A stretch of DNA of 64,000 nucleotides from Marsupella aquatica (lineage: Eukaryota; Plantae; Marchantiophyta), in contig OZ316893.1 in NCBI GenBank assembly GCA_973895155.1, positions 27,600,210-27,664,209 of the forward strand, read 5' to 3'. The translations under genes were made by a program, and so were the position numbers. Numbering within the stretch: position 1 is the stretch's first letter; the number at the start of each line of letters is the position of its first letter. Below, piece by piece: positions 13,383 to 26,005 of the stretch. The notes under the pieces were generated by a model. That model worked only from the letters and a program-made list of their open reading frames with translations. It did not search any database and was not told the DNA's origin.

Positions 13383-14449
13383 TAAGTTACATTGTGACAT
13401 AATTTTGATTCTTTTTTCCTTGTTCTTGTTAATCCAGATATGATGGCCGGATCCAACTTCCAAATTTCACCACGTTCTGGGTACAAATCTACTTCTATAA
13501 TATGCAATGCCACCAAAAAGCTCTTTCGTCTGCTTACAAATTCAGAAATGGAGGGAACAAACCTGAGCCGTCAGATGTTTTCAAATATTTTTTTGTACCC
13601 TTGGATTGATTGACCAGGTATGTCAAATGATATGGTCATTTTAATAGTAAAATAAAACGTATAGGAGATGATACTGATCTGACATCGTATATGAGAAGAT
13701 ACTTATGTGACATCATCTTAAATGTGTTTTTTTTCAAGTAATAAAAGTACACCTGAATGGAAGGAGAATCTTTTGGGGCATGAGAAAATTTTGGATTTTT
13801 GCAGAGCCTATGAGACTCTAGAAGGAAGGAAAATGGGTTAATTTTCTCCTTCTTTTCTGTATTTAGTTGTACATTTTTTCTGTTTATTTAATGGTGCCAA
13901 TGGAAGGAAAAAAAAGAGTAATGGTGTTGCATAGGAGTGTAAAAATAGGAAAAAGGGGAAGAGAAAAAATTAAAATATTCCCCTCCCAATAGTATCAAAG
14001 CACTCCGGGCCATCATCTCTCTTGCACTCACTCTCACCCTCCCACATCCTTGCTCTCCCCAACAATATAGTTTTCACATCAAAACAACATCTTCTTCCAA
14101 AATAAAATAAAAATGCAAAAGTAAAGTCAACTGTTTTTACATGTTTTGATTGTATTTTTTGTTTTTTGTTTTATGTTTTATAGAAAATCGGTCCCAAAAT
14201 TGTTATTCCATCTATACCTCCAACATTCTCTTTGAAAATCTTTTCAAAAAATGCATCCTTAATGAAGACCAAGAAGGTCACGCTCCCAACATCTTTTCTC
14301 CACAAGACATGTATTGCTTGACATGCCCCCTCATCTCTATTAGTCTCGCTTTTGCCCTAATTCTTTCCCAAGTCGGGAGCCCAGCTCTTTGCCCCCATTT
14401 GCATCTTTTGTCCAGTCTTTAGTTCCATCTTTTGTATCATTAACAATAA

Positions 14450-15565
14450 AGATTTCTTGCCCAACTCTTGCCCATGTACTCTCATTACCCATTTGCGCCT
14501 TATCCCATATTTTTGTGTTGACTTGAATTACATTACTTGACTACATAATTTCATGTGCTATTTTGAACAAGATCTCCGCATTGACAACACTTTTCAGATG
14601 AAATGGGCAAGAAAGAATTAGGGAAAATCCAATATTTTAGTTTGATCCACCTAAAAACCCCAGCTTTTAATTAACAGTTCTTTACCTTACCTCAATGTAT
14701 CAGTGCAATGCATTGGCATCGGGCTTGGCAACAACATGGCTGCAAGACTAGCATATCCACAACACCCTCATGGTCAGAGTGACTGCATCGTCTTTGCTCA
14801 CCTTGACATCTTTTTTCTCTCTTTGACATCTTTTATCACTTGGACATCTTTTGCTTACCTTTATAGTTTTCTCTCGTCAACATCTTTTGTTCACTTTGAC
14901 ATCATTTATCTCCTTGACATCTTTTGTCACCTCAACATCTTTCATGCAGTGCACGGGCATTGAGTTCTTGCTGGAAAACATGCACGGACCCTTACATCAA
15001 TCCTATGGATTCTGTTGACATATGACAAATCACTTTCTTTTTTATTACGTAGGGTCCAATTTCCCATTCGAGTGGCATATGCAATGACCATAAACAAAGC
15101 TCAAGGTCAGACTTTAGAACATGTAGGGTTATAGCTTTCAAAGCCTATATTTAGTCATAGACAATTGTATATAGCATTTTCAAGGGCAACATCTCCTACA
15201 ACTATCAAGGTTTTACTTTTGGATTCTGAGGAGGGTCAAGCAGAGTTGACCAAAAAAAATGTGTATGATGAGGTTTTTATTGAACGGATGAATAAAGATT
15301 GTATCACTTTTGTATTAATATGTTTGACTTTTTGCCTGAATTACATGTTTGCAATGCACAACCATGTTTGCCTTGCCTCAAAAACTTACCCTCACCTCGA
15401 CATCTTGCCCTCTCCTCGACATCTTGCCCTCACCTTGACATCTTGCCCTCGCCTCCAAATCTTACCCTCACCTCGACATCTTGCCCTCTCCTTGATATGT
15501 TGCCCTCTCCTTGACATCTTGCCCTCACTCGAAGTCTTTCGTGCAACGCACGGGCATGGGGCTAG
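14450..15565 (+). mobile_element. Helitron remnant with compound 3' ends (5' boundary uncertain)
   Basis: Hairpin CGTGC-AAC-GCACG (15540-15552) followed by CTAG|T (15562-15566). A second, degenerate end CATGCAGTGCACGGGCAT lies at 14943-14960. A Pif1 helicase C-terminal fragment sits between the two ends. Confidence 0.85.
15046..15290 (+). pseudogene. Helitron RepHel Pif1-like helicase C-terminal fragment
   Basis: [56 protein letters not shown]: classic Pif1 motifs V/VI with one stop. Confidence 0.9.
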
Positions 15566-16174
15566 TCTTTCATAAAGATTCACAAAACAGATTTCAAAGA
15601 AAATAACCTTTCCTACATACACAAACACATATCGGTCCTGGTTCACATAACAGTGGAGTGAGTTCAGTTAGGGCTACTGCCAAAAACATTTGTCATGTTA
15701 TGATCTAGTCATCAGTTTTTCCTCAACATATTAGATTTGAAAAATAAAATAGGGTGGAAACAGCAATGTCGCTTGCCTGGTGATGGCAACCCAACCCAAT
15801 AATGCATTTGACACTAATTATTTAGTGAGACTAAATAATGTACGTATGCCATAAGGAGCCCTACCAATCCGTGAGAAGGAATCTATCAATACATATAATA
15901 AATATGTCAAACAACAAAAGGAACTATCGCAAAGCCAGAAACCCCAATAATTGGGAGAAGACCCAATCAACAACTGCCACTTCATCACATTACATGTCAT
16001 CATGTTAAGGGTGGCTTTACAAGAACTTGGGGGCATCCAATCCTTTTTTACTTTGTGAGATGCAATCCTAACCATTCATGTGTGGGAACCTGCCACTTAA
16101 CATGGTTGAATTTGGGGGCACAATCAAGCAAAACTATTACCCAAACCAAATCATCAATGTGTCAGTGGGCCCCT

Positions 16175-18240
16175 TGTAGCCCGATTTGATGTGACGGGCA
16201 ACTTGCCGAGTTGCTCGACACGTAAACTTGTCATTTTCCGGCCTAAAATGCCCTCATTTGACGCATGTTCGCCGTTATTCCCCGGCCCGGCCCAAACCTT
16301 TCCTGGCCCGGCCCGAACTCTTCCCACCCTCTTCCTGGACTCTATTGCGCTTCCTTTCCCGGCTACCGGCGCGGAGTCGCGGAACTTGACTACCTTAACA
16401 CTTAGCTCTGGTGTCGCTGACTCCGACGCCGAGCTCCCTTATGGTCATGCCCGGATAGGCCATCCGGGGAGGACTTAGCATGGGGAGACTTGTGGGTAAT
16501 GAGACGTGGCACTAGCGAGCCAAAGAGCCAAGCTGGGGTCACACACTAGGGACTTGGACTAGCGGATAGCTGGTCGGGTCAAGGGGAAATGGGCCGGGCT
16601 CAAGGACGGCCGTCCGGACCTCCGGATGGACTTTGAGTTCTGAGGGCTTGAGTGTGAGCTCCTCTTGGGCCCAAGGCCAATGAAGTTGATGCCATGGGCA
16701 ACGAACGCTTGGGGCGCAAGTTGTGGCCCGATCCGGGTTGGGCCAGTCGGGGGCCCCGAGCAGCGATCAGACCTGAGGGCCTAGGCATGGGCACTGGGTT
16801 GGCCCAATCACAACGGGCAAAGGCACTCCGCTTGCGGATGCCTATCAAGAAAGTTATGGGCATTGCCAGTTGGTGGCGCACCCATTATGCGCGATGGGAC
16901 CCGGGTTGGGAGCCAAATGTTTAGGGACCAAAGCTGGTCCGAGGGTGGCAGGTCCCCATAAGCATATATGAGGGGAGTGGTGTCTCCCTGGGGGCTAAGA
17001 GCGAGCCGAAGTCGTGAGCCGCGGCGGTTGCGACACTAAGGGAAACCGTCAAACAGAAATGGCGATATCTTCCCATCGGGAAGTCCGTTGGAGGACTTAT
17101 TGGGTGCGTTGGAAAGCTCTTGAGGAGGGCTACGCCACCTTGAGCTCAGCTGGGTCTGGGGGTACCTGGGTTCTCATGGTTTGCGGGTGTTAGCTCGCCC
17201 GCTTGCCAAATCCTGCCGAACAGCAGCCAAGCCGCGTTCAGTCTCCCAAGGGAGCTTGCGTTGGGGAGGGAAGGCCAAGTAGGTTTGGAGGCTGAGTTCC
17301 AAGGGTGCTCGGCCCTAGACCATCAGTGGAGCAAACAGGGAGTGGTTGCTAGAGTCGGGGCCGTTCTGGTCCCGGCGTGTTGGGACAAGCTTGGGACAAG
17401 CTTTAGGACAAGCTACACTAATTGGGCCATGAGCATGTCCTGGGGTCAGGGCCGTCAGTTGGTGATGGATAGGTACAAGGGGGAACCCGGGCCGCGCCCA
17501 AGGAAGGAGCTATCCTGGACGGACAATGGGCGTGGGTTCTGGTTCCGGCTTATGGCATCGGGAGGACCCATCGCTGACCTATTTACCAATGTCTGTTGAG
17601 CTTGAGTTAGGATGCTAGACTTGGCAAGTCCTAGATCCTGAGGGGTTACTCACCGAGGTGTTTGGTTTCTTGTGCAGATAGTGAGGATCGTTGAGTAGCG
17701 GTCGTGTAGGTGAGCAAGTGCGGCTTCGTATGAGAGGGGCCACTGGTGGTGCAAGGGGCACTTGGGTACTTGCTCGAGGTATTTTGTGGAGGCATTCGGG
17801 CACCAAGGGCACTTCGGCGCGAGTGCTGGGATTGGTGAGGGCGCTGGGTGGCAAGGTCCACCACTCGTGGCCCCTCCCCTCCCTCTCGTCACCCGAACCC
17901 GGACCCGGCCTGCCTGCTGCCATCCCGGCCCCGGCCCCGGATTTTAGCCCCGGCCCCGGCTTTACATCCCGGCCCGGCTCGGGTGAGGAGGAAATAAGTC
18001 CGGGAGGAGGGAGGAGGGAGGCCCGGCCCGGGGGAAGGGAGGCCCGGGTGGAGGGAGGCCCGGGTGGAGGGAGGAGGGAGGCCCGACCCAGGGGAATGGA
18101 GGTCCGGGAGGAGGGAGGCTCGGCCCGGATGAAGGGAGGTCCGGATGGAGGGAGGAGGGAGGCCCGGGTTTTAAAGTTCTGGATAAACCCGAGCAATATC
18201 TACTTATTTGGGGTGGTCTGGATTTCTCGCTTATCTAGTA
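16175..18240. mobile_element. GC-rich LTR-like fragment (probably Ty3/gypsy), right end not found
   Basis: Abrupt GC increase starting at TGTAGCCCG. Contains the GCGTTGGAAAGCTCT block reminiscent of chromovirus/Tekay LTRs (~17106-17120) and low-complexity GGAGGGAGGCCCGG repeats. No credible protein and no matching TSD found. Confidence 0.45.
18000..18168. repeat. G-rich tandem repeat (GGAGGGAGGAGGGAGGCCCGG; ~20/60-bp period)
   Basis: About 8 degenerate copies are directly visible. Confidence 0.85.
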
Positions 18241-18891
18241 TGTCGGCCCCGCTAAATATAGAACGTGTCTTCCTTCTAAAATGTATAAAACCTTGAGTTT
18301 TCTTCATTAGACACACTTCACCAAAAGTAGGGCACTCTATGTAAGGAGGGATAGAGAAGACTTTTGTGTGCGCGTGCTTGGAGGTTTTACTCGGCATGTG
18401 GTAATCCGCATAATAATTTTCTTGTTATCCCTTAATAATTTAGTGGTACTTGTGGGTATTGTGAAGCAAATTCCTACAATGTTGATATTCATGTACGCAT
18501 GTTTGAAGCTAAGGCTTGACGTGTGATATTTTGCATGATTGTCACAAATTGTCCGATATGTTTTCACTATATCGGCAAATGCTCATTAAATTATAGATAT
18601 CACATAATTACGTCGGATAGGAATAACCCCAATTTAAGGAAAACCGAACTTTGGAAATTCCAAAAATCACTAAATATTATTATTTTAATAAAAAGGGGGC
18701 GACATGACGCGTGGCTGCGCGTGAAACCCTGAAAATGACTGCAACGTCACATTTTAACCAATCCAACTTGACGGGACCAAGAGACATGCTCACGCGAATA
18801 ATAATAATAGAGAAATAAATCTTTGAGATCCTTTATATATGATAACCAGTATATAAAGAGTTTACAAATAGTTTCTAGAACGACATACAAA

Positions 18892-19815
18892 TTAATCTGA
18901 TCTCATGCCGACTATTATTTTGGAAGCGTCCAAAATTGGGCGTCTGTTAAATTGCTCTACTAGATATCTATCTCCATGCCTCTGAATCACAGGGTCTTCC
19001 CATAGAGTATGATTATAATCATAATCTCTAAAAATAGATTTAACTGACCAATCTAGATAATCTCTTCCATTGGCAATGACAAGCGACTCACAAGAGTTTG
19101 CTAGCTTGCTAAGATACGGAATCAGCAAGTTAATCAGGAAACTGTCGTCGACCGACCCAAAATATTTGGGCGGAAATAATGATCCAACAACAGGATCTAA
19201 ACAAGCATGAAATGCATCGGATTTGATAAGCATTATATTTTGCTGCAGCTACGCCTTCGTATAAATTCCAACCTTCTCAAAACACTTCAAAAATATCCGC
19301 TTATTTGATGTCACCCCATCGCATAAGTAACAATGAGACTGATCCCAAATATACTTAAATGAGGCTATTTCCATCGCAGTAAAAATAGATGCTAAAATCT
19401 GATCTAAAAGGTTCTTCCCAAGAGAGGACCAGATCCCTACATCGAAATTCTCAAAACAGAATCTCAAGAATTCGTGAAGATGAGGCCTTGGAAAAACGTA
19501 TATATTCCCAATCCGAATTCCAGTTGAGACCGCCATCAGTCGGGAATGTGGTGCAGTGTAACAGAGTAGATGCTCCACGTCTAAAACTATGAGCCCATTT
19601 TCTCTGCTGCAATGCATCTCCTGTAGAGAAACACAAGAAGATGCATGAGCCCGTATGGATGTAGTCACGCGAATGATCGCGTCACATATTACAGAGAAAA
19701 CATCCTCTACACTCTGGCCATTGATAAGTGACGTCTGTTGAAGTGCTTGATAAGAACTTGATCCGCATGTCTCTGCACATACAGATGCTCCCATATATCC
19801 TCGTTCAGATCCCAA
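18892..19815 (-). pseudogene. NIF/FCP1-like HAD-superfamily domain (copy 3), interrupted by a stop
   Basis: LIVLDVEHLL..PRPHLHEFLRFCFENFDVGIWSS..YIWDQSHC..IFLK, with the C-terminal half in ORF 18892-19233; the DxDxT motif is degenerate. Confidence 0.75.
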
Positions 19816-20414
19816 TCTCGATGTAGATTTCTAATCGACCAGATGGGATAATCAAACTTGTTAGCGAACGCAAGACAAAGCCCTGAATTTGATAGCTTTC
19901 GTAAATATGGAATGAGGTCATCCCTCAAAAAGACATCATCCAACGATCCTTGAAACGACTTAGCGAACAATAATCCGCATACAGCTGTCTGGCATGTATG
20001 GGAAGGACAGGCATCAATCTGGATTATATTCTCTGGTCGATAATCTTGAAACATATCACGTAGTCTCTCGATAGATTTGAAGACAACAGTCTTATAATTT
20101 TTCTTCACATAACCAAGATTCCAGCAATGATCCCGCATGAACACATATATCAGCTGCGACAGGTCGGTGCTCGACAACACTTCTAAAAGTATCTGATAAA
20201 CCAGTTTATCGTCGAGAATAGACCAGACCATCACATCAAAATGATCATAACAGAATTTTATAAGATCATGAAGATGCGGCCTCGGAACGACACATAGAGA
20301 TCCGATACAAATTCCGGGTGTCGATTTGAGCTGAGGAGTATATTTTGAAACAGAGCACAGGAAGTTTTCCAGTCCTAAAACTAGAAGTTGACGCAACCTG
20401 CTCCACTTAGACAC
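19707..20414 (-). CDS. NIF/FCP1-like HAD-superfamily domain (copy 2)
   Basis: PRPHLHDLIKFCYDHFDVMVWS..VFKSIERL..YRPENIIQIDA..DDVFL; the nucleophile Asp is lost (LLVLGLE). Confidence 0.75.
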   Translation of the reverse strand: MSKWSRLRQLLVLGLENFLCSVSKYTPQLKSTPGICIGSLCVVPRPHLHDLIKFCYDHFDVMVWSILDDKLVYQILLEVLSSTDLSQLIYVFMRDHCWNLGYVKKNYKTVVFKSIERLRDMFQDYRPENIIQIDACPSHTCQTAVCGLLFAKSFQGSLDDVFLRDDLIPYLRKLSNSGLCLAFANKFDYPIWSIRNLHRDWDLNEDIWEHLYVQRHADQVLIKHFNRRHLSMARV

Positions 20415-20539
20415 CTATAAATGAACAATTCGATTCTCATATTATGCAATTGCAAACAACCACGCGACCGGGCACGTCACTCCCAAAAGTTCAATTTCAA
20501 TCAATTTATAAATAATAATTGATAATAAACAATAAACGT

Positions 20540-21310
20540 TTACTTATTGGACTTATCCCGGGCTTCTATAGCACGGTCTTTTTTGGCAGATAAGTGTTTC
20601 ATAAATTCGTCAAACTTTTCTAAATGGTCTTTATTCCCCTGATTACGAATGATCACGTTTCTCCTCCAAAGATTCGTCTTATCAATATAATCTTTCTCAA
20701 GATTTTCTTGAGAGAACGTTGGAATCCCATATCCACTAAGGAGCTCGCGGAATGTCAACTTGTCAATTGACATGTCGCATAGATATGGATATAGTTTATT
20801 TCTAAAAAATAGGTCATCATCGAGCCCAGAATATGCATCGGGATACAGCGATGAATAGAAGTCATTAAGGCTCGTCTTATATGCAGCGTCATCGATAAGA
20901 ATGACATTCTCGATGTTGTAATCTTTAATATCGGCGGCAATGTCCGAGAGACATTTGACAAATAAAGGGATGTCATTATTATTCTTCCCAATAAGTCGAG
21001 TTGATTCTTGTCCCCATATAAATTTAATACGTTTCAAAACTTCGGGTCGAAGTATCAGCCTTACACAAGATAGAATATTTCGTTTGAACATGCATGACCA
21101 GATCGCAATGTCGTATAGATCTGCCACCTTCTCAAGAAATTCCATTAAATCAGGCCTTGGATAGATAACCTTGTGCATCTGTCTCACACCCCTTGACCGA
21201 ATGGGCATCCCAGGGCTGATCTTCTTTGACCAGATAAGTACCCAATTCAGATCGAAAATTACAAGTCTCTTCTGAACCGGTGACTTCTTTGCCGATGGAC
21301 TAGGCGCCAT
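20540..21310 (-). CDS. NIF/FCP1-like HAD-superfamily domain (copy 1)
   Basis: RLVIFDLNWVL..PRPDLMEFL..YDIAIWS..FIWGQE..FVKCL..ENVILIDDAAYKTSLN. Confidence 0.8.
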   Translation of the reverse strand: MAPSPSAKKSPVQKRLVIFDLNWVLIWSKKISPGMPIRSRGVRQMHKVIYPRPDLMEFLEKVADLYDIAIWSCMFKRNILSCVRLILRPEVLKRIKFIWGQESTRLIGKNNNDIPLFVKCLSDIAADIKDYNIENVILIDDAAYKTSLNDFYSSLYPDAYSGLDDDLFFRNKLYPYLCDMSIDKLTFRELLSGYGIPTFSQENLEKDYIDKTNLWRRNVIIRNQGNKDHLEKFDEFMKHLSAKKDRAIEARDKSNK

Positions 21311-21531
21311 CTGTACCTGTGATTTTTGTGCCGCAGGGTTTGGAGAACGTACTAGAACGGTCTGTTTGTTTCTCGCCTCCGGACGATCACCGGACTTTCG
21401 GACTGGTGCCTTCGATACTTGATCAGGGGGTTTCGAGATAGGCTTCTGTAAAACATTAAGAAATGAAAATAAGTTTAAAACGCGAACGGTCGCGTGACTA
21501 CAAAGAGAGACACTGAAATGAAGTGTATTAC

Positions 21532-21985
21532 CTATACAAGACGGTCGTTCAGTGCTGGAATTCTGCTGGAAATGTCAATCATAGCAGCACGGATCCCGGT
21601 AACTAGGTTACTTGCGGACGTCGGCTTGCGGAAGTCCATGTCAAATAACGACAAGACTATCTCCCTACGGAATTTCTCAATTTGATCCGCGGCAAAATTA
21701 ATTCCGTTTCCTTGACACAAGCACTTGGCGTATCTCAAGATAAACACACCACAACTGTGGCCATCACTCTGGTGAGGAATATCATTCCGATATATCCGTT
21801 CCCAACCTGAGAGATCCAAGTTGACACCAGTTCTCCAGCTAATTTCGTCGGCGTAGTACTTCCCAACAATATCTAGCACCCCAGGATTCTGTCGATTATG
21901 AACTAGAGAATCTAGGTACTCCAGCCGTTTCTCCTTCGGATACAAGACTACCAATGACCAATGTTCTTTCACAGCATGTTGCAGC
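21532..21985 (-). pseudogene. Ulp1/SENP (peptidase C48) catalytic C-terminal half
   Basis: EHWSLVV..EYLDSL..PHQSDGHSCGVF gives the His-Asp-Cys triad and oxyanion Gln. The N-terminal half is absent and the fragment abuts the transposase C-terminus. Confidence 0.85.
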
Positions 21986-24900
21986 TTGATCCTCCATCTC
22001 TTCCAGGTACTCATTCTTAAGCTCCACCATTTGTGGATTCTGTGTACTACTACTAGGCTCCCTCAATGGTTTAGAGGTTCCTGTACTATTAACCTTGTAA
22101 CCAGTTCCATGGTTGGTTTTTGGCCAGAATTCATATGTCAATGCTAACTATATTTCTGCCTCCCCTTCAATTGTAAGCTCCCTAGATAATACTTGCACCA
22201 CCATCTCCCAATATTTCACCAAAGGAAACCGCTCACGATATGCTGTAGAGGTCTCATCCTTACAACTCTTCTTCAAAAACTCAATGTAACGATTAAGGAA
22301 TGGGATGATTTCTTCAACCTTGCCTCGTACATCCCCGGAGATGGGTTTTGTAGACGGTTGACTTTCTGGTAAAATGAGAGCATTGGTGTTGGAATCAATT
22401 CTCCAAAGGACCTTCCGGTTGGAGGGTACCAAGGTTGTTTCACATGTGCTTTGAATTGATATATTGGAACATTATGTCTCATAGAGAAAAGAAATGCCAC
22501 TGGTTTTGAGTGACCCTCTATGTCTTTTACCTTGAAAGTTTTCAAAAACTCTTTGTAAGCTGCAACCTCTTGGATCAACCGTGGGACAGGATGAATGCTT
22601 TCACACTCCCAAACCTCAGCCATCAACCCCAAGAGGGTAGAAACCTCCTTGTACTTCACTTGGTTGGATACTTTCAAAAACAATGCATCGACATCCTCAT
22701 GGGTGTGACCAACCATGAGAAACGACATCTGCACTATTTCAAAAACCCCTCTACTAACAAGCTCACTGCAAAATGCCATCACGTATTGGTTTTTGTTATC
22801 TTTCCCTGAATTATCCATTTGCAAGGTCAGGTGCCTTGGCAATGGTTTGAAAGAGGTAGACGTAGCCTTGGGATCCACACCAAAGTTGTCATCCACCACA
22901 TTTGATAACCCAAGATCTTGGTCATCTTCAGCTCCTTGAAATCTAGCAATTGAGACTTTTTTGGGTTCTAAGTAACCTGCGAGAAATGCTTCAAAGTCCA
23001 AAAGAGATTGAAAAATTGGCCTCGTTGCAGCCCAATATAATCCTTCAAGGAGGTCTCCAGATTTGTCCCCCTTGTAATCCTCCAGATCTCTAAGGCACTT
23101 GGCCAATGATGTCACTGTGAAGTCTGCATCTCCCGGCCAAAGCCCAATGAAACTAAAGTGAGCATACACTCCGGGATCCCTTCCATGGGTCAGCATCCTA
23201 GTGAGTGCAATGGGGAGCGATTGACCACTACCAGACAATGATTTAGGAGTGGGGACTAACCTAGGGATCCATGTCTTGGCTTGGTCCATCTTGTCATGTA
23301 TAATGCAAAGATAGTTCTCAGGATCCTTCTTCGCAAGAACCCTATGAGCATAGTAAACATATCTCCTAGACATTTGCTCACGAAGATGGCGAGCTCTTCT
23401 TTCCTCAATCTCTAAACGCTCTTTCTTTCTCTTCTCCCGCATCAACTGATCTTTGAACTCAGTGCAAAGTGTACACTTTGCAAATGCACTTCCCTTGTGA
23501 AAGTCAAAATTCATGAAGGACTCACTCCAGAGTTTATACATAGTGTTTTCACTCACCTTCACGTAGCCATCTAATTCCATTTTTGAATATACCTCCTCAA
23601 AAATCTCTTTCTTCGTGAAACAAGATGGAAGTCTGTACTCAACCGTGTCAGTACCATGAGACCCTCCATAGGGAAGATGCGGCATGGGTTCTCCGTTTTG
23701 GGTTAGAATGGACTCCAACAAAGCACGAGCATGCAAGGTGCTTCCCCGTGTCTTGTGTGAACCCTTGTTTCCGTGGAATCCAACCGTGCAACTTGCTTCA
23801 TATTGATTTTTGTAATCATAATACTTGGCAGTGCTGAATCCATGCATTTTAATAAATGCACCCTTGCAAACAAGTCTACTTCTTACAACGAAATATCCTT
23901 TTGTCTCCACTTCCTTCTCCCTACAGCCAAAAAGAGTGAGAATGTGACTGGTTTTGTTGTCGCTTGACATCCCATGGTATTCCCTCCTTATCGCCTGTAG
24001 GTCTTCTCTCGGCATGCTGAGGCAACACTTCAACTTACAACAACCTTCTCTTTGGATGGAGTCAATTTCCTCCTCTGTGATTTTCAGTATCGCTCGAGAC
24101 TCCAAGTGCTTCTTCCTTTTTTCATCTGGGTTAACCTTCGTTCTCTTGATGAAGTTATACGGGCGCTTTGAAAACTCAGTGTCACCTTTCATATCTACCT
24201 CTAGATGATATCGACCATCAATAATTGGTTTTGGAGAAACCTCTTCAATGAGATCCAGAAGAAAAATACCCCTTGATATCAGCAGAAGTGAATGGACGGC
24301 CCACCTAACAAGACCAGGCACTCCTGGGGAGATATTTGGGAAAAATAGAGGGTCAATCACGCGTGTGACCGCAACTCCAACGTGATCTGGCCCAAGAACA
24401 TCATCATCAATTGCACCTAACTCAAAAGGAACTGTGATGATGCCAACCCCCACTTTGGTCCAATTATCCTCAGCATACAATTCCACCTCCTCGGTCATCC
24501 AATTAGAAGGCAAACTATAATCCTTGAAATTATAATTTGAAAAAACATCCCGTGTGGACAGGTCGTTTAGTATATCCTGGGAAGAACTCCTCCGAGTAAC
24601 ATCCTTTAAATTCCAGAATACAAAAGTGTCCAATGCTTCCTGAACGGTATCGGCTCCATTGTGAGGAAAGGGTAACCTCTCCCTTGAAAAACTTCACATA
24701 TTTTCACACTAATCCTAGAAGTGCCAAGTCTTTCATTGTGACAGGTCTCATCAGGATTCGTCTTGAACACAAATCCACGAGCCACAATCTGATTGCCGAT
24801 CCAGAGCTCGACTTCGTCGCCAGATATAATCGAGTCTCCAAAACTTCCCACCGCAAATTTGTCTGGTACAAAACCGGGAACCATATCCTTTGTAGAACAA

Positions 24901-25193
24901 GAGGCATCCATTTGTGTTGTCGCTGGAGTTGACTTTGACTTCAAATATGCAAAAGAGGCATCCCAAATAATGCAGGAGTTGACAGCATCAAACAGAGTCC
25001 TGATCGGCGGCGAAGGGTAAGGAATTTCCCATGATCCCTCATAGCACTTCTTGATGAGAACTCCAATACGATTACTTCTCAAATCAACATTACGCACTAA
25101 GTCACTCGGGTAAACCTTGAGGACGGTCCCGCAAGCAACTTCCACTCCGTCGATTACGAGACAAACCTTGTCCCCTTGAAAGAAAATCCCCAT
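21986..25193 (-). pseudogene. Sola-like DDD transposase with N-terminal repeated TnpA-like domains (frameshifted)
   Basis: Cys motifs (CCKLKC; KCTLC), IIHDKMDQ, LQMDNSGKDNKN, FLMVGHTHEDVD. Frameshifts near 24620 and 22430; C-terminus truncated. Confidence 0.75.
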
Positions 25194-25924
25194 TTGGAAA
25201 ATGTGGTCCAAACCGTTGGATGTAGTTACCTCGAGATCATCTCGAGGTAAAGTGACTACAAAAACAAACCAAAAAACCCCAGTGTAGAAGTTTATCCGAT
25301 AAAACTGTGTGATAGAGAATATAAGAAACCCTTCTACCTCGACACGATCTCGAGGTAGAAGAGGGACCAAAAACACCAATATGTCAAAATTTAGAAGTAT
25401 CTAGCTCGAGACAATCTCAAGGTAGAATATGAAATCTCACTGAATAGCGAATTCAGATTCTATACCTCCGACACTCTACAAACTCAATTAGAAGAAGGAC
25501 AACCGAATGCACCATTAGCTAGAAGGCAAAAGTTAATAATTTGAGGATCAAACTTATGACTCGAGATGATCTCGAGCCAAAAAGGACATTGTATTTGACA
25601 AAGATACTATTATGAATAATAAGCCACCCAAAATAAGAACATATAAATGGCTCTAGATGATCTAGAGGAATGATTTGGTGCAATTAAGAAAGTAGGCTCC
25701 CAGTTTACTTTCAGACACTAAGAAATAGCTTCTAAAAGGCCATCAAATAGAGGGAAAAGGCTTCCAAATGGATTTTGACCGATATTAGTATAAGCTGAAA
25801 AGGTTTGGTTTTCTAAAAGATAGGAGCTCAATTATTTTAGACCTCCTTCAAAGGTTAAAATGATAATTTCTTGACATATCCTAAACACAAACGTAGAGTC
25901 CACAACCCTTAAAAAGAACAATAG

Positions 25925-26005
25925 AAAGAGATCAGAGCAGAAATCTAGAGCCAGAGAGAGGGAGAGGGAGAGGGAGATAGAGAGAGCAGAGAGATGTAGA
26001 GGGAG
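25925..26005. repeat. (GA)-rich microsatellite in the divergent promoter / 5' UTR region
   Basis: GAGAGAGGGAGAGGGAGAGGGAGATAGAGAGAG; TATATAAAA nearby at ~26067. Confidence 0.7.

Noticed and set aside
17615-18296. 193-aa and 201-aa ORFs
   Set aside because: Translations of GC-rich tandem repeats on both strands with no domain signal.
18240-18890. Left TIR for the ParB/MTase element
   Set aside because: No convincing inverted match to 36900-37470 or TSD found by eye, so the element ends remain undefined.
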